Of a stretch of DNA of 64,000 nucleotides, positions 46,103 through 55,870 are shown one piece after another. Source of the DNA: Pirellulales bacterium (lineage in GTDB: Bacteria > Planctomycetota > Planctomycetia > Pirellulales > Thermoguttaceae); the NCBI GenBank assembly GCA_016931995.1, contig JAFGDS010000102.1, forward strand, positions 1 through 64,000, in the 5' to 3' direction. The position numbers were made by a program, and so were the translations under genes. The stretch's first letter is position 1, and every line of letters starts with the position of its first letter. The notes under the pieces were generated by a model. It was given only the letters and a program-made list of their open reading frames with translations, did no database searches and had not been told where the DNA came from.

Positions 46103-47869
46103 CTACCGTCGTTGCCAATCGATCAGATGAAGCTCGACGTTGTTGCGGCCGCGGAAGTCGTTCAGCACGGGGCGGAAGGCGACGTCCAACGGGCCGTCGT
46201 CGTTGGCCAGATCCTCTGCCCATTCGGCGCCGCCGAAGGCCACCGCCCGAAGGGAGACGCCGTGCTGCGCGAGCCGCAGCGCCAAGTGGCGGCCGCTCGC
46301 GCCGAGCGGCCGGGGCGGTTCGGCCAGCCGCACGCCGGAGGCGCAGAAGAGCGGCCGGGCGTTGCCCTGGCCAAAGGGCGCCAGCCGCTCGATTTGCCGC
46401 ACCGCCTGCGGGGTGAGTTCGCTCAGGCCGGCCTCCGCGTCGATCACCAGCTCGGCGGCTCGCGAATCGCGGTCGATGTGTGCGGCCGCGTGTTCGCGGA
46501 GTTCGGCGCGAAACACGTCGAGCCGGTCCTCTTCGATCGTCAAGCCCGCGGCCGCCTCGTGTCCGCCAAAAGCGACCAGGTGGTCGCGGCAGGCCGCAAG
46601 CGCGGCGAACAGATCGTAGCCCGGCACGCTCCGCGCCGAGCCGACCCCCGGCTTGGTCCCCAGCCGATCAAGCGCCACCAAAACGACCGGCCGATGGTGT
46701 TTTTCGGCCAGCCGGCCCGCCACGATTCCGATCACGCCGGGATTCCAGCCGTGTTCGGCCAGCACGAGAGCGGGCTCGTGCGCCGGGTCGAACCGCTCCT
46801 TGATCTGCCGGTTGGCGGCCAGCAGGATGCGCCGCTCGAGCGACTGGCGATCGGTGTTGAGCCGGTCGACGTATTGGGCCAACTCCTCCGCGCGTTCTTC
46901 GGATTCGGTTATCAACAACTCCACGGCCAGTTGGGCCTGGCCGAGCCGCCCGGCCGCGTTGAGCCGCGGCGCCAGGGCAAAGCCGACGTCTTCGCTGGTG
47001 AGCCGCTCCTTGCCGTCGAGCTTGGTCATTCGCAAGAGCGTCGCCAGCCCAAGCGTCGGACGCTGCGCGAGACTGGTGAGCCCGAAGGACACGAGGGCCC
47101 GATTCTCGTCCACCAAGGGCACCACGTCCGCCACCGTGCCCATGGCGGCCAGACCGGTGGCTTGCAAGAGAAACTCCCGCATGGGCGGACTCGCCCGCCG
47201 GCCCTCGCCCGCCTGCTGACAAACGGCCCAGGCCAGCTTGAAGGCCACGCCCGACCCGCTCAACCCGCCGAACGGGTACGCGGAGCCGGGCAGCCGCGGA
47301 TGGACGACGGCCGCCGCGCGGGGTAACTCGCCTTCCGGCTCGTGATGATCCGTGACAATGAGCGTCAAACCGCATTGGGCCGCCGCGTCGGCCGCCTGGT
47401 GGCTGGCGATGCCGCAATCCACGGTTATCAAGAGCCGCGTTCCCTGCGTGGCCAGCGCGCGGACGGCGTCCTCGTGCAGACCGTAGCCTTCATCGACGCG
47501 ATGAGGAATGTAGTAGCCCACGTCGGCGCCGAGCAGTTTCAGGCACCGCCAGAGAATGGCCGTGCCGGTGATGCCGTCGACGTCATAGTCGCCGTAGACG
47601 ACGATCCGCTCGCCCGCGGCCACCGCGGCGCCGATCCGCTCGGTTGCCGCGGCGCAGCCCGGCATGTCAGCCGGATCGTGAAGGTGGGTCAGCTTCGGTT
47701 CGAGAAACCGGCTGGCTCCGGACGCGTCGACGATGCCCCGGCCAATCAAAAGCCGCGCGACCACGGGCGATACGCCCGCCGCGCGAGATAGCGCGGCGAT
47801 TTGGTCGGGATCGTGCGGGCGAATCCGCCAACATCGGGCCATCGTGTCCCAACTGCCCGGCGGGCGCAA
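46103..47869 (-). CDS. recJ: Single-stranded-DNA-specific exonuclease RecJ
   Basis: DHH family motifs VYGDYDVDGITGTAIL, ITVDCG, DHH; DHHA1 region. Alternative start MARCWR at 47842. Confidence 0.9.
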   Translation of the reverse strand: MRPPGSWDTMARCWRIRPHDPDQIAALSRAAGVSPVVARLLIGRGIVDASGASRFLEPKLTHLHDPADMPGCAAATERIGAAVAAGERIVVYGDYDVDGITGTAILWRCLKLLGADVGYYIPHRVDEGYGLHEDAVRALATQGTRLLITVDCGIASHQAADAAAQCGLTLIVTDHHEPEGELPRAAAVVHPRLPGSAYPFGGLSGSGVAFKLAWAVCQQAGEGRRASPPMREFLLQATGLAAMGTVADVVPLVDENRALVSFGLTSLAQRPTLGLATLLRMTKLDGKERLTSEDVGFALAPRLNAAGRLGQAQLAVELLITESEERAEELAQYVDRLNTDRQSLERRILLAANRQIKERFDPAHEPALVLAEHGWNPGVIGIVAGRLAEKHHRPVVLVALDRLGTKPGVGSARSVPGYDLFAALAACRDHLVAFGGHEAAAGLTIEEDRLDVFRAELREHAAAHIDRDSRAAELVIDAEAGLSELTPQAVRQIERLAPFGQGNARPLFCASGVRLAEPPRPLGASGRHLALRLAQHGVSLRAVAFGGAEWAEDLANDDGPLDVAFRPVLNDFRGRNNVELHLIDWQRR

Positions 47870-47878
47870 GACAGACTA

Positions 47879-48043
47879 CTACTTCTTCTTCTCGACGTGC
47901 ACCGTGTGCTTGCGCAGGCGAGGGCAATACTTCTTCAGCCGAAGCTTCTCACCGCCCGGCTTGCGCTTCAACGTATAGTTGTAGTCGCCCGTCTCTTCGC
48001 AGACCAGAAAGACCGTTTCCGATTTCTTCTTGCTTTTGCCCAT
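47879..48043 (-). CDS. rpmG: 50S ribosomal protein L33
   Basis: [54 protein letters not shown] (54 aa, L33 pattern with conserved NY..K.K....KL.L.KYCP...KHT.H.E.K). Confidence 0.9.
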   Translation of the reverse strand: MGKSKKKSETVFLVCEETGDYNYTLKRKPGGEKLRLKKYCPRLRKHTVHVEKKK

Positions 48044-48361
48044 CGCCGGACACTCCAGGACGCCATTGCCGACCGCCCCAACGGGGCGCAGACCACTTAT
48101 TATAATGACAGCCGCCCGCATGGGAACCACATGCCCACGCGGTACCCGCTCCCGATGCGTTTCCCCTGGAAACGTTATCCTGGGCGACGTGAAGGATCTC
48201 TTTTCCACCAAAGAGCTTACGCCGCGTCGTCGCGTTTGCGGAGGCGGCCGTCCACCGGGCGCTGGATCGCCTTTTCCACGAGCCACCCCGGGCCCACATT
48301 GACGCCAATACCCCCAACCGTCTACAATCACGTTTCTGTCCGCTGCCCATTCCCACCCAAC

Positions 48362-48436
48362 CGGGGCGTAGCTCAGCCTGGCTAGAGCGCTGCGTTCGGG
48401 ACGCAGAGGTCGCTGGTTCAAATCCAGTCGCCCCGA
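48362..48436 (+). tRNA. tRNA-Pro (anticodon CGG)
   Basis: Hand fold: acceptor CGGGGCG/CGCCCCG; D-arm GCUC-AGCCUGGCUA-GAGC; anticodon stem CUGCG/CGCAG with loop UUCGGGA; T-arm GCUGG-UUCAAAU-CCAGU. 75 nt, CCA not encoded. Confidence 0.85.
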
Positions 48437-48490
48437 CTCAATTGGACAGAAAGCCCTTTGGCGGGAGAGGGGAGGATCCGAGACCCTCCT

Positions 48491-49399
48491 TTACCCCGCC
48501 GCCAGCGTGCGGACGGCCAGGGCGCGGCGGGTGCGGGCCAGGGCGTCGTTCATCTCCCAGGTCTGCTCGAAACCGATGATGATCGCGTCCACGGCGTGCG
48601 AGTTCAGGGCGTATTGGAACGACTGCTCGCGGCGCCGGTCGTCGTCGCGCAGGTTGCCCTCGCCGATGATCTTCATCCCGATCACGCCCTTGCCGGCCGC
48701 GTGGATGTTTTTCACCGCGGGCAGCACCCGCTCGGGCTTGTCGTCCATCAGCAGGCCAAAGGGGTTGATCCGCGTGTGGACCACGTCCACCCAGGGCTCC
48801 GCGGCCGCCGCCTCGAGCGCCCCCAGCGCGTGACACGAGCACCCATGTGCCCGGATGAGCCCCTTTTGCTTGAGATCCTCCAACAGGTCCATCTGCTTGC
48901 GGTGTTCCTTGGGCCACTTGGGGCTCGTCATGCAATGGAGCTGCACCAGATCGATATAGTCGGTCTTGAGCTCGCGTAGGAATCGTTTGACCAGCACGTC
49001 GGCGTCGCCTTTGTCCTCGTCGGGCACGCCGCCGTCGCGCCACCAGATCTTGCTCACCAGCGTGTAGCTGTCGCGCGGCTTGCCGGCCAGGTTCCGCGCG
49101 GCGTACTCGTGCGAGCCGTACAGGTCGGCCATGTCGAACAGCCGGATGCCCAAATCGTAGGCGTAGTGGAAGAGCCGGTCGAAGTGCTTCCGGCCGAGCT
49201 TGATGTGGTTGCTCGTGCGGTTGAACGCTTTCATGCCGGTGCCGAAGCCGACGCGGGAGACCGTGAGCTCTTTGCCCAACGGCACCAGCGCGATTGGGTT
49301 GTTGTCCGCGTCGGCCGCGTGGACGGGCCGCGGCGCGAGCAGCCCTCCGGCCGCGCCGGCCACGGCGCCCCGCAGAAACGTGCGACGTTGGATTTTCAT
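48491..49399 (-). CDS. Tat-exported aldo/keto reductase
   Basis: Twin-arginine signal MKIQRRTFLRGAVAGAAGGLLAPRPVHA. AKR-like core (GIRLFDMADLYG, YIDLVQLHCM). Confidence 0.8.
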   Translation of the reverse strand: MKIQRRTFLRGAVAGAAGGLLAPRPVHAADADNNPIALVPLGKELTVSRVGFGTGMKAFNRTSNHIKLGRKHFDRLFHYAYDLGIRLFDMADLYGSHEYAARNLAGKPRDSYTLVSKIWWRDGGVPDEDKGDADVLVKRFLRELKTDYIDLVQLHCMTSPKWPKEHRKQMDLLEDLKQKGLIRAHGCSCHALGALEAAAAEPWVDVVHTRINPFGLLMDDKPERVLPAVKNIHAAGKGVIGMKIIGEGNLRDDDRRREQSFQYALNSHAVDAIIIGFEQTWEMNDALARTRRALAVRTLAAG

Positions 49400-49445
49400 T
49401 ATAAGGTCCTCCGGTGAAAATGCCCCGGCAGGTTGTGCGTACGTT

Positions 49446-49519
49446 CGTCATCCTGAGCGAAGCGAAGGAGCTCCGTCGCGTTGAAGGAACGGAGATGCTT
49501 CGCTTCGCTCAGCATGACG
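49446..49519. repeat. Repeat family A full palindromic copy (GTCATCCTGAGCGAAGCGAAGGAGCTC .. GATGCTTCGCTTCGCTCAGCATGAC with inner hairpin CTCCGT..ACGGAG)
   Basis: Seen directly; perfect 20+ bp inverted arms. Confidence 0.75.
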
Positions 49520-49548
49520 ATAGCATCCGCGATCCGGGATAACGGGCT

Positions 49549-50631
49549 TTACGTCGATTGCCGCACGATGAGGCGCGGCTTGATGGTAATGGAGGGTTCG
49601 GGGGGAGGCTCGTCGTGGTCGATCATGTGGATCAGCAGGTGGATGGCCGCGTCGGCGAAGGCGTCGTTACGCGGGTCGAGCGTCGTGATCTCGGGATCGA
49701 AGAAGCTGGCGATCTTGAAGTTGCCCTGTCCGACGACCGCGACGTCCTCCGGCACGCGCAGGCCGCGGCGTTTCACGGCCTTAATGAGCTGGGCGGCCCA
49801 ATCGTCGTTGATGGCGATGATCGCGTCGGCGGCGCTGCGGCCGACCAGCTCCTCGACCACTTCATCGGCCTTGGCGTTGGAGACCTCGTGGGGCCGGGGC
49901 TGCAGGCTCTCGTCGCCCACCCAGATCAGGCCCTTGTCCACGTCCCAGCCGTGACGCTTCATCGACTCGACGTAGCCCCAGCGCCGGTGCGTGTTGGCCT
50001 GGTCGTATTCATTGAGGAGGATCATGCCGATCCGGCGCCGCCCTCGGGTTTCGAGGTGGTCCACGGCTTGGTGAATGCAGTCGGCCGCGTCGATGTGGAC
50101 GTAGCAGCCGTGCTCGACGGCCGGACGACGCAGGTAGACGACGTTGGGGATCCGCGCCAAGAGTTCGGGCACGGTGGCCGGGTGCTTGGGGTCCTCGTGC
50201 GTCATGCACACCACTCCGTCGAGCCCTCGACCGACGAAATCGTTCACGTATTGCTCGATCAGGCTTGGGTCGTGCCCGATCTGGCCCACCAGGACGCGGT
50301 ATCCGCGGGCGAGGGCCGCGCTTTCCAGCGCGCTGACGCGGTCGAAGAGCACCGGCGGGGCGTCGATGCCGATCAACACGCCCAGCAGGCCGCTGCGCAC
50401 GCCCTTGAGCTGCCTGGCCGCGAGGTTGGGTTGATAGCCCATCTCCTTGGCCGCCTGCTCGATCCGTTCGCGCATCTCGCGGCCGATCCGCTCCGACGGT
50501 TTGCCGCCGAGCACCAGCGACACGGCCGCCTGCGACACGCCCAATCGCCGCGCAATGTCGATTTGCCGCACCGCTCGCCGCGTCATGTCGGCCACCAGGT
50601 TTGAGACGCGCACGCCTCTTTTCATCTTCAA
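49549..50631 (-). CDS. LacI-family transcriptional regulator
   Basis: N-terminal HTH (ADMTRRAVRQIDIARRLGVSQAAVSLVL) followed by a periplasmic-binding-protein-like sugar-binding fold. Confidence 0.85.
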   Translation of the reverse strand: MKMKRGVRVSNLVADMTRRAVRQIDIARRLGVSQAAVSLVLGGKPSERIGREMRERIEQAAKEMGYQPNLAARQLKGVRSGLLGVLIGIDAPPVLFDRVSALESAALARGYRVLVGQIGHDPSLIEQYVNDFVGRGLDGVVCMTHEDPKHPATVPELLARIPNVVYLRRPAVEHGCYVHIDAADCIHQAVDHLETRGRRRIGMILLNEYDQANTHRRWGYVESMKRHGWDVDKGLIWVGDESLQPRPHEVSNAKADEVVEELVGRSAADAIIAINDDWAAQLIKAVKRRGLRVPEDVAVVGQGNFKIASFFDPEITTLDPRNDAFADAAIHLLIHMIDHDEPPPEPSITIKPRLIVRQST

Positions 50632-50662
50632 AGGGGCGTGGAATTGCGAAGCCGCAAGCGGC

Positions 50663-52117
50663 CTATTGGGGCGCCGGCTTCTTCCACGGCTTCCCGGTCA
50701 CCGAGTCGTCGTCGCCGTATTGCTCGCGAAGCCGCGCGAGCTCCGCCTTCAACTCCTTCACCACGTCCGCGTATTCGGGATCGTCGTGGACGCTCGCCAG
50801 TTCATTCGGGTCGTTCCGAAGATCGAAAAGCTCCCACTCGTCCAATTCGTTGAAGTAGATGAGCTTGTACCGATCGGTCCGCACGCCGTATTGCTTGTGG
50901 ACGGCGTGGACCGCCGGGTATTCGTAGTAGCGGTAATAGACGGCCTTCCGCCAGTCGTCCGGCCGCTCGCCCTCCAGAATCGGCAGCAGGCTACGGCCCT
51001 GCATGTCGCTCGGGATGGGCTCCCCCGCCGCGGCCAGAAACGTCTCGGCGAAGTCGAGGTTGAGTGCCAGGTGGTCGTCCACGGAGCCCGGCTTGACGTG
51101 GCCGGGCCAGCGGACCAGAAGCGGCATCCGCAAACAATCCTCGTACATGCACCGTTTGTCGAACCAGCCGTGATCGCCCAGGAAGAAGCCCTGATCGGAC
51201 GTGTAGACCACGAGCGTATTGTCGGCCAATCCGGCCTCGTCCAGATAGTCCAACAGCCGGCCAACGTTGTCGTCCACGGAAGCAACGCAGCGGAGGTAGT
51301 CCTTGATGTAGCGCTGATACTTCCACTTCTTGAGTTCCTGGCCCTCCAAACCCGCGGGCGGTGGGACCTTCAGGTCGGTGGGCGTCAGGTGCCGCTCGAT
51401 CGTCATTTCCGTGGATCGGGCGGCCGTCCCGCGGCCGGAGTAGTCGTCGTTGAACGTGGCTGGCTCGGGAATCTCCTCGTCGTCGTAGAGCGTCTTGTGT
51501 TTGGGGCCGGGCTCCCAATTGCGGTGCGGGGCCTTGTGATGACACATCAGGAAGAACGGTTTCGTCTTGTCGCGCTTTTTCAGGTGGTCGATCGCCAGGT
51601 CCGTGATGATGTCGGTCGTGTAGCCCTGCCGCCGCTGCTTCCGGCCCATCTCGATCATCATGGGATTGTAGTACGCGCCCTGGCCGGGCAGGATGTTCCA
51701 GTAGTCGAATCCGGTGGGATCGGTGACCAGGTGCCACTTGCCGATGATCGCCGTCTGGTAGCCGGCCTTCTTGAGGAGCTTGGCCACGGTCTGTTGCGAG
51801 CCGTCGAACTGGCTGCGGTTGTCGATGAAGCCGTTCACGTGACTGTATTTGCCCGTCAGAATGACCGCGCGGCTGGGCCCGCAGAGGGAATTCGTGCAGA
51901 AGCAATTGGCGAACCGCATTCCGCCCTGGGCGAGCCGGTCGAGGTTTGGCGTCTGGTTGATCTGGCTGCCGTAGCAGCTCATGGCGTGGGCGGCGTGATC
52001 GTCCGACATGATGAAGAGGATGTTCGGCCTGGCCGGCGCGTCTTCCGCCCGGCTGATGCCCGGAATCGAGGCCCACCCGATGAGTCCCATCACGATCCAC
52101 GCCGTTTTCCGCGCCAT
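50663..52117 (-). CDS. Arylsulfatase (Cys-type, formylglycine-dependent sulfatase family)
   Basis: Signal peptide. [10 protein letters not shown]. Sulfatase signature [20 protein letters not shown]. Start at MARKTAW; the ORF track's extra upstream codons are not excluded. Confidence 0.9.
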   Translation of the reverse strand: MARKTAWIVMGLIGWASIPGISRAEDAPARPNILFIMSDDHAAHAMSCYGSQINQTPNLDRLAQGGMRFANCFCTNSLCGPSRAVILTGKYSHVNGFIDNRSQFDGSQQTVAKLLKKAGYQTAIIGKWHLVTDPTGFDYWNILPGQGAYYNPMMIEMGRKQRRQGYTTDIITDLAIDHLKKRDKTKPFFLMCHHKAPHRNWEPGPKHKTLYDDEEIPEPATFNDDYSGRGTAARSTEMTIERHLTPTDLKVPPPAGLEGQELKKWKYQRYIKDYLRCVASVDDNVGRLLDYLDEAGLADNTLVVYTSDQGFFLGDHGWFDKRCMYEDCLRMPLLVRWPGHVKPGSVDDHLALNLDFAETFLAAAGEPIPSDMQGRSLLPILEGERPDDWRKAVYYRYYEYPAVHAVHKQYGVRTDRYKLIYFNELDEWELFDLRNDPNELASVHDDPEYADVVKELKAELARLREQYGDDDSVTGKPWKKPAPQ

Positions 52118-52311
52118 CGGCCTTGCGTACAACATGGCTTCCCCCTTTTTGGGCTATCTAGTCCCGGCGAGTACAAACCCCGTCCGCATGATAGCGGGCC
52201 GACCCGGGAGGGTCAATGAAGTCATGTCATCACGGCGGTATGGAGTTCCCCTCGAAATAGGGCTATTCCGTCAAGGTCTGCCGGCGACGTGGAAGGAGAC
52301 CTTTACTCTAA

Positions 52312-52468
52312 GAGCGTGTTTTGAAATCGGGCGCCACTGCTGGCTTGTCCAGCAGTGCCCGGCGAATCGTGTGGGAGAAAAGGGCGGATTCCGGGGGAGA
52401 AACACTGCTGGACAAGCCGGCCGTGGCGCCCTCATGGCGGCCGTGACGCATTTCCAAACGCGTTCTAA
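52312..52468. repeat. Repeat family B copy 2 (MITE-like, reverse orientation relative to 44806-44963)
   Basis: GAGCGTGTTTTGAAATCGGGCGCCACTGCTGGCTTGTCCAGCAGTG...CACTGCTGGACAAGCCGGCCGTGGCGCC...AAACGCGTTCT. Confidence 0.65.
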
Positions 52469-52533
52469 GCTGGCCCGCCCAGACCGGTACTACCGGCCCG
52501 GGCGGGCCAATGGTACGATGAGAGGCCATCCGT

Positions 52534-52616
52534 GCCGGAGTGGCGGAATGGCAGACGCGCTGGACTCAAAATCCAGTGATCGCAAGATCGTGTGGGTTCA
52601 AGTCCCACCTCCGGTA
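52534..52616 (+). tRNA. tRNA-Leu (anticodon CAA), class II
   Basis: Acceptor GCCGGAG/CUCCGGU; anticodon stem CUGGA/UCCAG with loop CUCAAAA; long variable arm UGAUCGCAAGAUCGU; T-arm GUGGG-UUCAAGU-CCCAC; discriminator A followed by CC. Confidence 0.85.
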
Positions 52617-52653
52617 CCTTGGAGCCTGTCCCCGAAGCACCGTCGAAGCGACG

Positions 52654-52749
52654 TGTCATCCCGTCCTGAGCGCACGTCATCCTGAGCGCAGCGAAGGATC
52701 TCCGTGGCGAATCATCGCGAGGCCAGATGCTTCGCTTCGCTCGGCATGA
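52654..52749. repeat. Repeat family A full copy with partial arm duplication (GTCATCCCGTCCTGAGCGCAC GTCATCCTGAGCGCAGCGAAGGATCTC .. GATGCTTCGCTTCGCTCGGCATGAC)
   Basis: Seen directly, immediately 3' of tRNA-Leu. Confidence 0.7.
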
Positions 52750-52835
52750 CGCGTTGCGACGACGACGGTTCGGGATAGGCTCCTTGTTTCATTTCTCCAC
52801 GCCTCGTTTCTTCAAGCAAACGCAAAGGGCCCGAC

Positions 52836-54962
52836 ATGGCCATCGATCCGTATTCCCTTTGTCCGGGCGGGACGGGCAAGAAGATCAAATTTTGCTGTTC
52901 CGACCTGATGGGCGAGTTGGGTGAACTGATCGACATGCTCGATGGCGATCAGCACGTCTCCGCGCTGCGATTTATCGAGAGTCTGGAGGCGAAGGGTCCG
53001 CCCAGGGCGTGCCTCTTGGCGCTGAAGATCCAGACGCATCGTCTGCTCAATCATACGGAAGAAACCGGTCCCGTCGTGGCGGCATTCCTCGCGCACTTCC
53101 CCGACAACCCCATCGCTCTGGCCGAATCGGCCATCGAGGAGGCGCTAGCCGGCAACACGCGCAAGGCGGTCGAGCAGCTCCAACGGGCCCTGGCGGCTCG
53201 CGATCAGATCGAGATACAGGTCTACAACGCGATGGGCATCGTGGCCCAGGCGCTTTTGGCCGGCGGGTTCCTCAGTGCGCCGCGAGCGTTGTGGCAATTG
53301 CAGGCCATGGCGCAGGCCGGCGACGATCCCGCGCCCGCCCGGGCATTGACCGAGCTCGGGCGGTCGCGCCACGTTCCGATTCTCCTCAAGGAGGATCCGC
53401 GGCCGGTCGAGTGTCCGGAGCGCGCCGCGTGGCGAGTGCGGTTCGAGGAGGCGATGCAGCCCATCCGCCGCGCTCAGTGGCTCGAAGGGGCCCGGCGGTT
53501 GGAGGCGCTCGCCGGCGACGTGCCCGACGCCCCGGCCATCTGGTGCAATCTTGCCCTGGTCCGCGGCTGGCTGGCCGACGCGGCCGGCCAGATCGAAGCG
53601 CTGCGACGGTTTGCCGCGCTGGACGTGCCGCTGGAGGACGCCGTCGAGGCCGAAGCCACGGCCATCCTGCTCGACGAAGAGGGCCTCGGCGACCTCGTCG
53701 AGGCGATCCGCGAAACCGTCGCGATCAACGACGCCGACCACCTCGTGGCCGTGCTCTCCACCTGCAAACAAGCCGTGCGGATCTCCGTCGATCCGGAGCA
53801 GATGCGAGACGACGACGTCCCGCCCAAGGCCGTCTTCCAGATCACCGACCGCGCCATGCCCGAATCGGCCGAGGGATTGGGCATGGACGACGTTCCCACG
53901 GGCGTTGGCCAGTTTATCATCTACGGTCGGCAGACGGACCGGCCGGCGCGGCTGGTCGCGATTTCCATCGATCCGGACGGCCGCGCGGTCCTGGGCGCAC
54001 TGCAAAGGCAGTTGGCCGGCGACCAGATCGCCGGCGAGCCCGAAGTCGAGGTTCTGGACCGCGCGTCGGGCAGCCGGATGATGCTCCGCCGCGTCTGGCG
54101 GCTCCCGCCCGACGTCACCCGCGCGCAAATCGACGCCTGGGCAAAGGAACACCTCGAACGGGTTCTGCTCGAGCGATGGCCGACGCGGCCGCTGGGCCTT
54201 CTGGGCGGCCGCACGCCCGCCGACGCCGCCGGCGACCCCAGCTTGCGGGTCAAGCTGCTGGCGGCGATCCTCGTGTTGGAATCGTGGACGCTGCAAACGG
54301 ACGAGCGATTCGACTTCAATCGTCTCCGCGCGAGGCTTGGGTTGCCCGTGCTCGCCCCGATCGATCCGGAAGTGGAAGCCGTCGACGCGCTGCCGCTGGC
54401 GCGGCTTGGCCGCGTGATGGCCGATAAGCTGCCGGACGACGCGTTGGTGGGCGCGTTTCATCGGGCGATGGCGCTCGGCGCGTTCGACGCCGCCGGCAAA
54501 CTCGCGCAGGTGCTCGTGGATCGACCCGGCATCGGCGCGCTGGACAAAGCCGACGGATACCAGGCCCTCGCGCAGCTCGAGCGGGACCTCGACCGCGTAT
54601 TGCCACACATCGAGCGCGGCCGCGAGGCGACCGAATCGGCCGGCGAGTCGTCGGCCCCGTGGGACCTGATGGAGTTGACGTTGCGGACCAATCTTGGCCA
54701 GATAGACCACGTCCGCCGATTGGTCGATCATCTTCAGCGCGAGCACGGCAACGAGCCGGGCGTAGCCCCCGCTCTCATGCAGTTTTTACTTTCCATCGGC
54801 GCGATCCGCCCCGACGGCACGCCCGCCGCGGCGCCCCCTTCCGCCGAGGCGGCGGTCCCGCCCGACGCGCCGGCCTCCCCCGGCCTTTGGACGCCCGACG
54901 GCCCTGCCCCCAAGGCCCCCTCCAGCAGCCATTCGAAGATCTGGACGCCGGGCATGGAGTAG
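52836..54962 (+). CDS. Large protein with an N-terminal SEC-C zinc-binding motif and an uncharacterised about 650-aa body
   Basis: CPGGTGKKIKFCC matches the SecA C-terminal-type SEC-C motif (CPCGSGKKYKxCC). The rest has no recognisable motif; Ala/Leu/Arg-rich, probably helical. Confidence 0.65.
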   Translation: MAIDPYSLCPGGTGKKIKFCCSDLMGELGELIDMLDGDQHVSALRFIESLEAKGPPRACLLALKIQTHRLLNHTEETGPVVAAFLAHFPDNPIALAESAIEEALAGNTRKAVEQLQRALAARDQIEIQVYNAMGIVAQALLAGGFLSAPRALWQLQAMAQAGDDPAPARALTELGRSRHVPILLKEDPRPVECPERAAWRVRFEEAMQPIRRAQWLEGARRLEALAGDVPDAPAIWCNLALVRGWLADAAGQIEALRRFAALDVPLEDAVEAEATAILLDEEGLGDLVEAIRETVAINDADHLVAVLSTCKQAVRISVDPEQMRDDDVPPKAVFQITDRAMPESAEGLGMDDVPTGVGQFIIYGRQTDRPARLVAISIDPDGRAVLGALQRQLAGDQIAGEPEVEVLDRASGSRMMLRRVWRLPPDVTRAQIDAWAKEHLERVLLERWPTRPLGLLGGRTPADAAGDPSLRVKLLAAILVLESWTLQTDERFDFNRLRARLGLPVLAPIDPEVEAVDALPLARLGRVMADKLPDDALVGAFHRAMALGAFDAAGKLAQVLVDRPGIGALDKADGYQALAQLERDLDRVLPHIERGREATESAGESSAPWDLMELTLRTNLGQIDHVRRLVDHLQREHGNEPGVAPALMQFLLSIGAIRPDGTPAAAPPSAEAAVPPDAPASPGLWTPDGPAPKAPSSSHSKIWTPGME

Positions 54963-55262
54963 GACGATGCGTCCGCGCCGACGTCGGGTGCGACCTGGTG
55001 AATCGTCTGTCGCGCGATAGGCCTTGGCGACGACCGGAGACCGACAGCGCACCCTGGGACCAGCCTCCGTGGCGGGTCTACCGGAGGTTGGGGACGGCCG
55101 ATATAATAAGTGCTGCTCGGTTGGCCAAGACGGACGCGGCCCAGGTCGAGGCACCCAAACCGGTGGTTGTCCTGGTTAGTCCGTCCCCGGCCGTGATTTT
55201 CTGATGTAAGTTGTTGTAAAGAAGCGACTTGTGTCGATTGTTCTACCGTAAGATGATCGTCT

Positions 55263-55336
55263 GTCCCCGTGGCTCAATCGGATAGAGCGTCGGCCTCCGG
55301 AGCCGAAGGTTAGTGGTTCGAATCCACTCGGGGATA
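55263..55336 (+). tRNA. tRNA-Arg (anticodon CCG)
   Basis: Acceptor GUCCCCG/CGGGGAU; D-arm GCUC-AAUCGGAUA-GAGC; anticodon stem UCGGC/GCCGA with loop CUCCGGA; T-arm AGUGG-UUCGAAU-CCACU. 74 nt. Confidence 0.85.
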
Positions 55337-55870
55337 CTCGAAGTTCTTTCCTTGCAACAACTTGCGATCATCGCCACTTCTTTTGTAGAGCTTCGGCCCA
55401 AGGGGCCGAAGGTCTAGGTTTCTGTACCCATCGCAAGTCGCTGACGGAACTTAAGTTCTGTTGATCAGCGGGCTCTCGGCGCCGACGGCTAGCACAGTAT
55501 GGTGGTTTCGAAGGGCGGCGATTCGGCACGGAGTTGTGCGGCGCGACTGCATGCTGACGCATGGGGCCGGGGGCTCACTATGCCCTTTGGATAGCCGTGT
55601 CTCCTTGTGCCAGAACCTACGACATACGTCCAAATACCGCTACACCGATGCCAACGGCCAGGGGCAGTCGACACACGTCACGGTCTATTGTTTCGCCGGG
55701 CTTTCGGCAGACGACGCGTTCTACTTGTGGGGCCCCTTAGCCTCAAAGGGCCCGGCGACGATGAGGGGAGTGAGTGGATTCGGCCGGACGATGGTTCTCA
55801 TGGTGTCCGCCAAGATGCGTTTTGGACTTTCGGGTTGTTCTTGGAACCAGCGGTTCATTGTCGTCCGGGT

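Noticed and set aside
52540-52749. Short ORFs translating repeat family A (peptides containing [10 protein letters not shown] or SEAKDL), also at 5095-5544 and 5429-7753 N-termini
   Set aside because: Encoded by a dispersed palindromic repeat and present in multiple frames and orientations. Repeat-derived.
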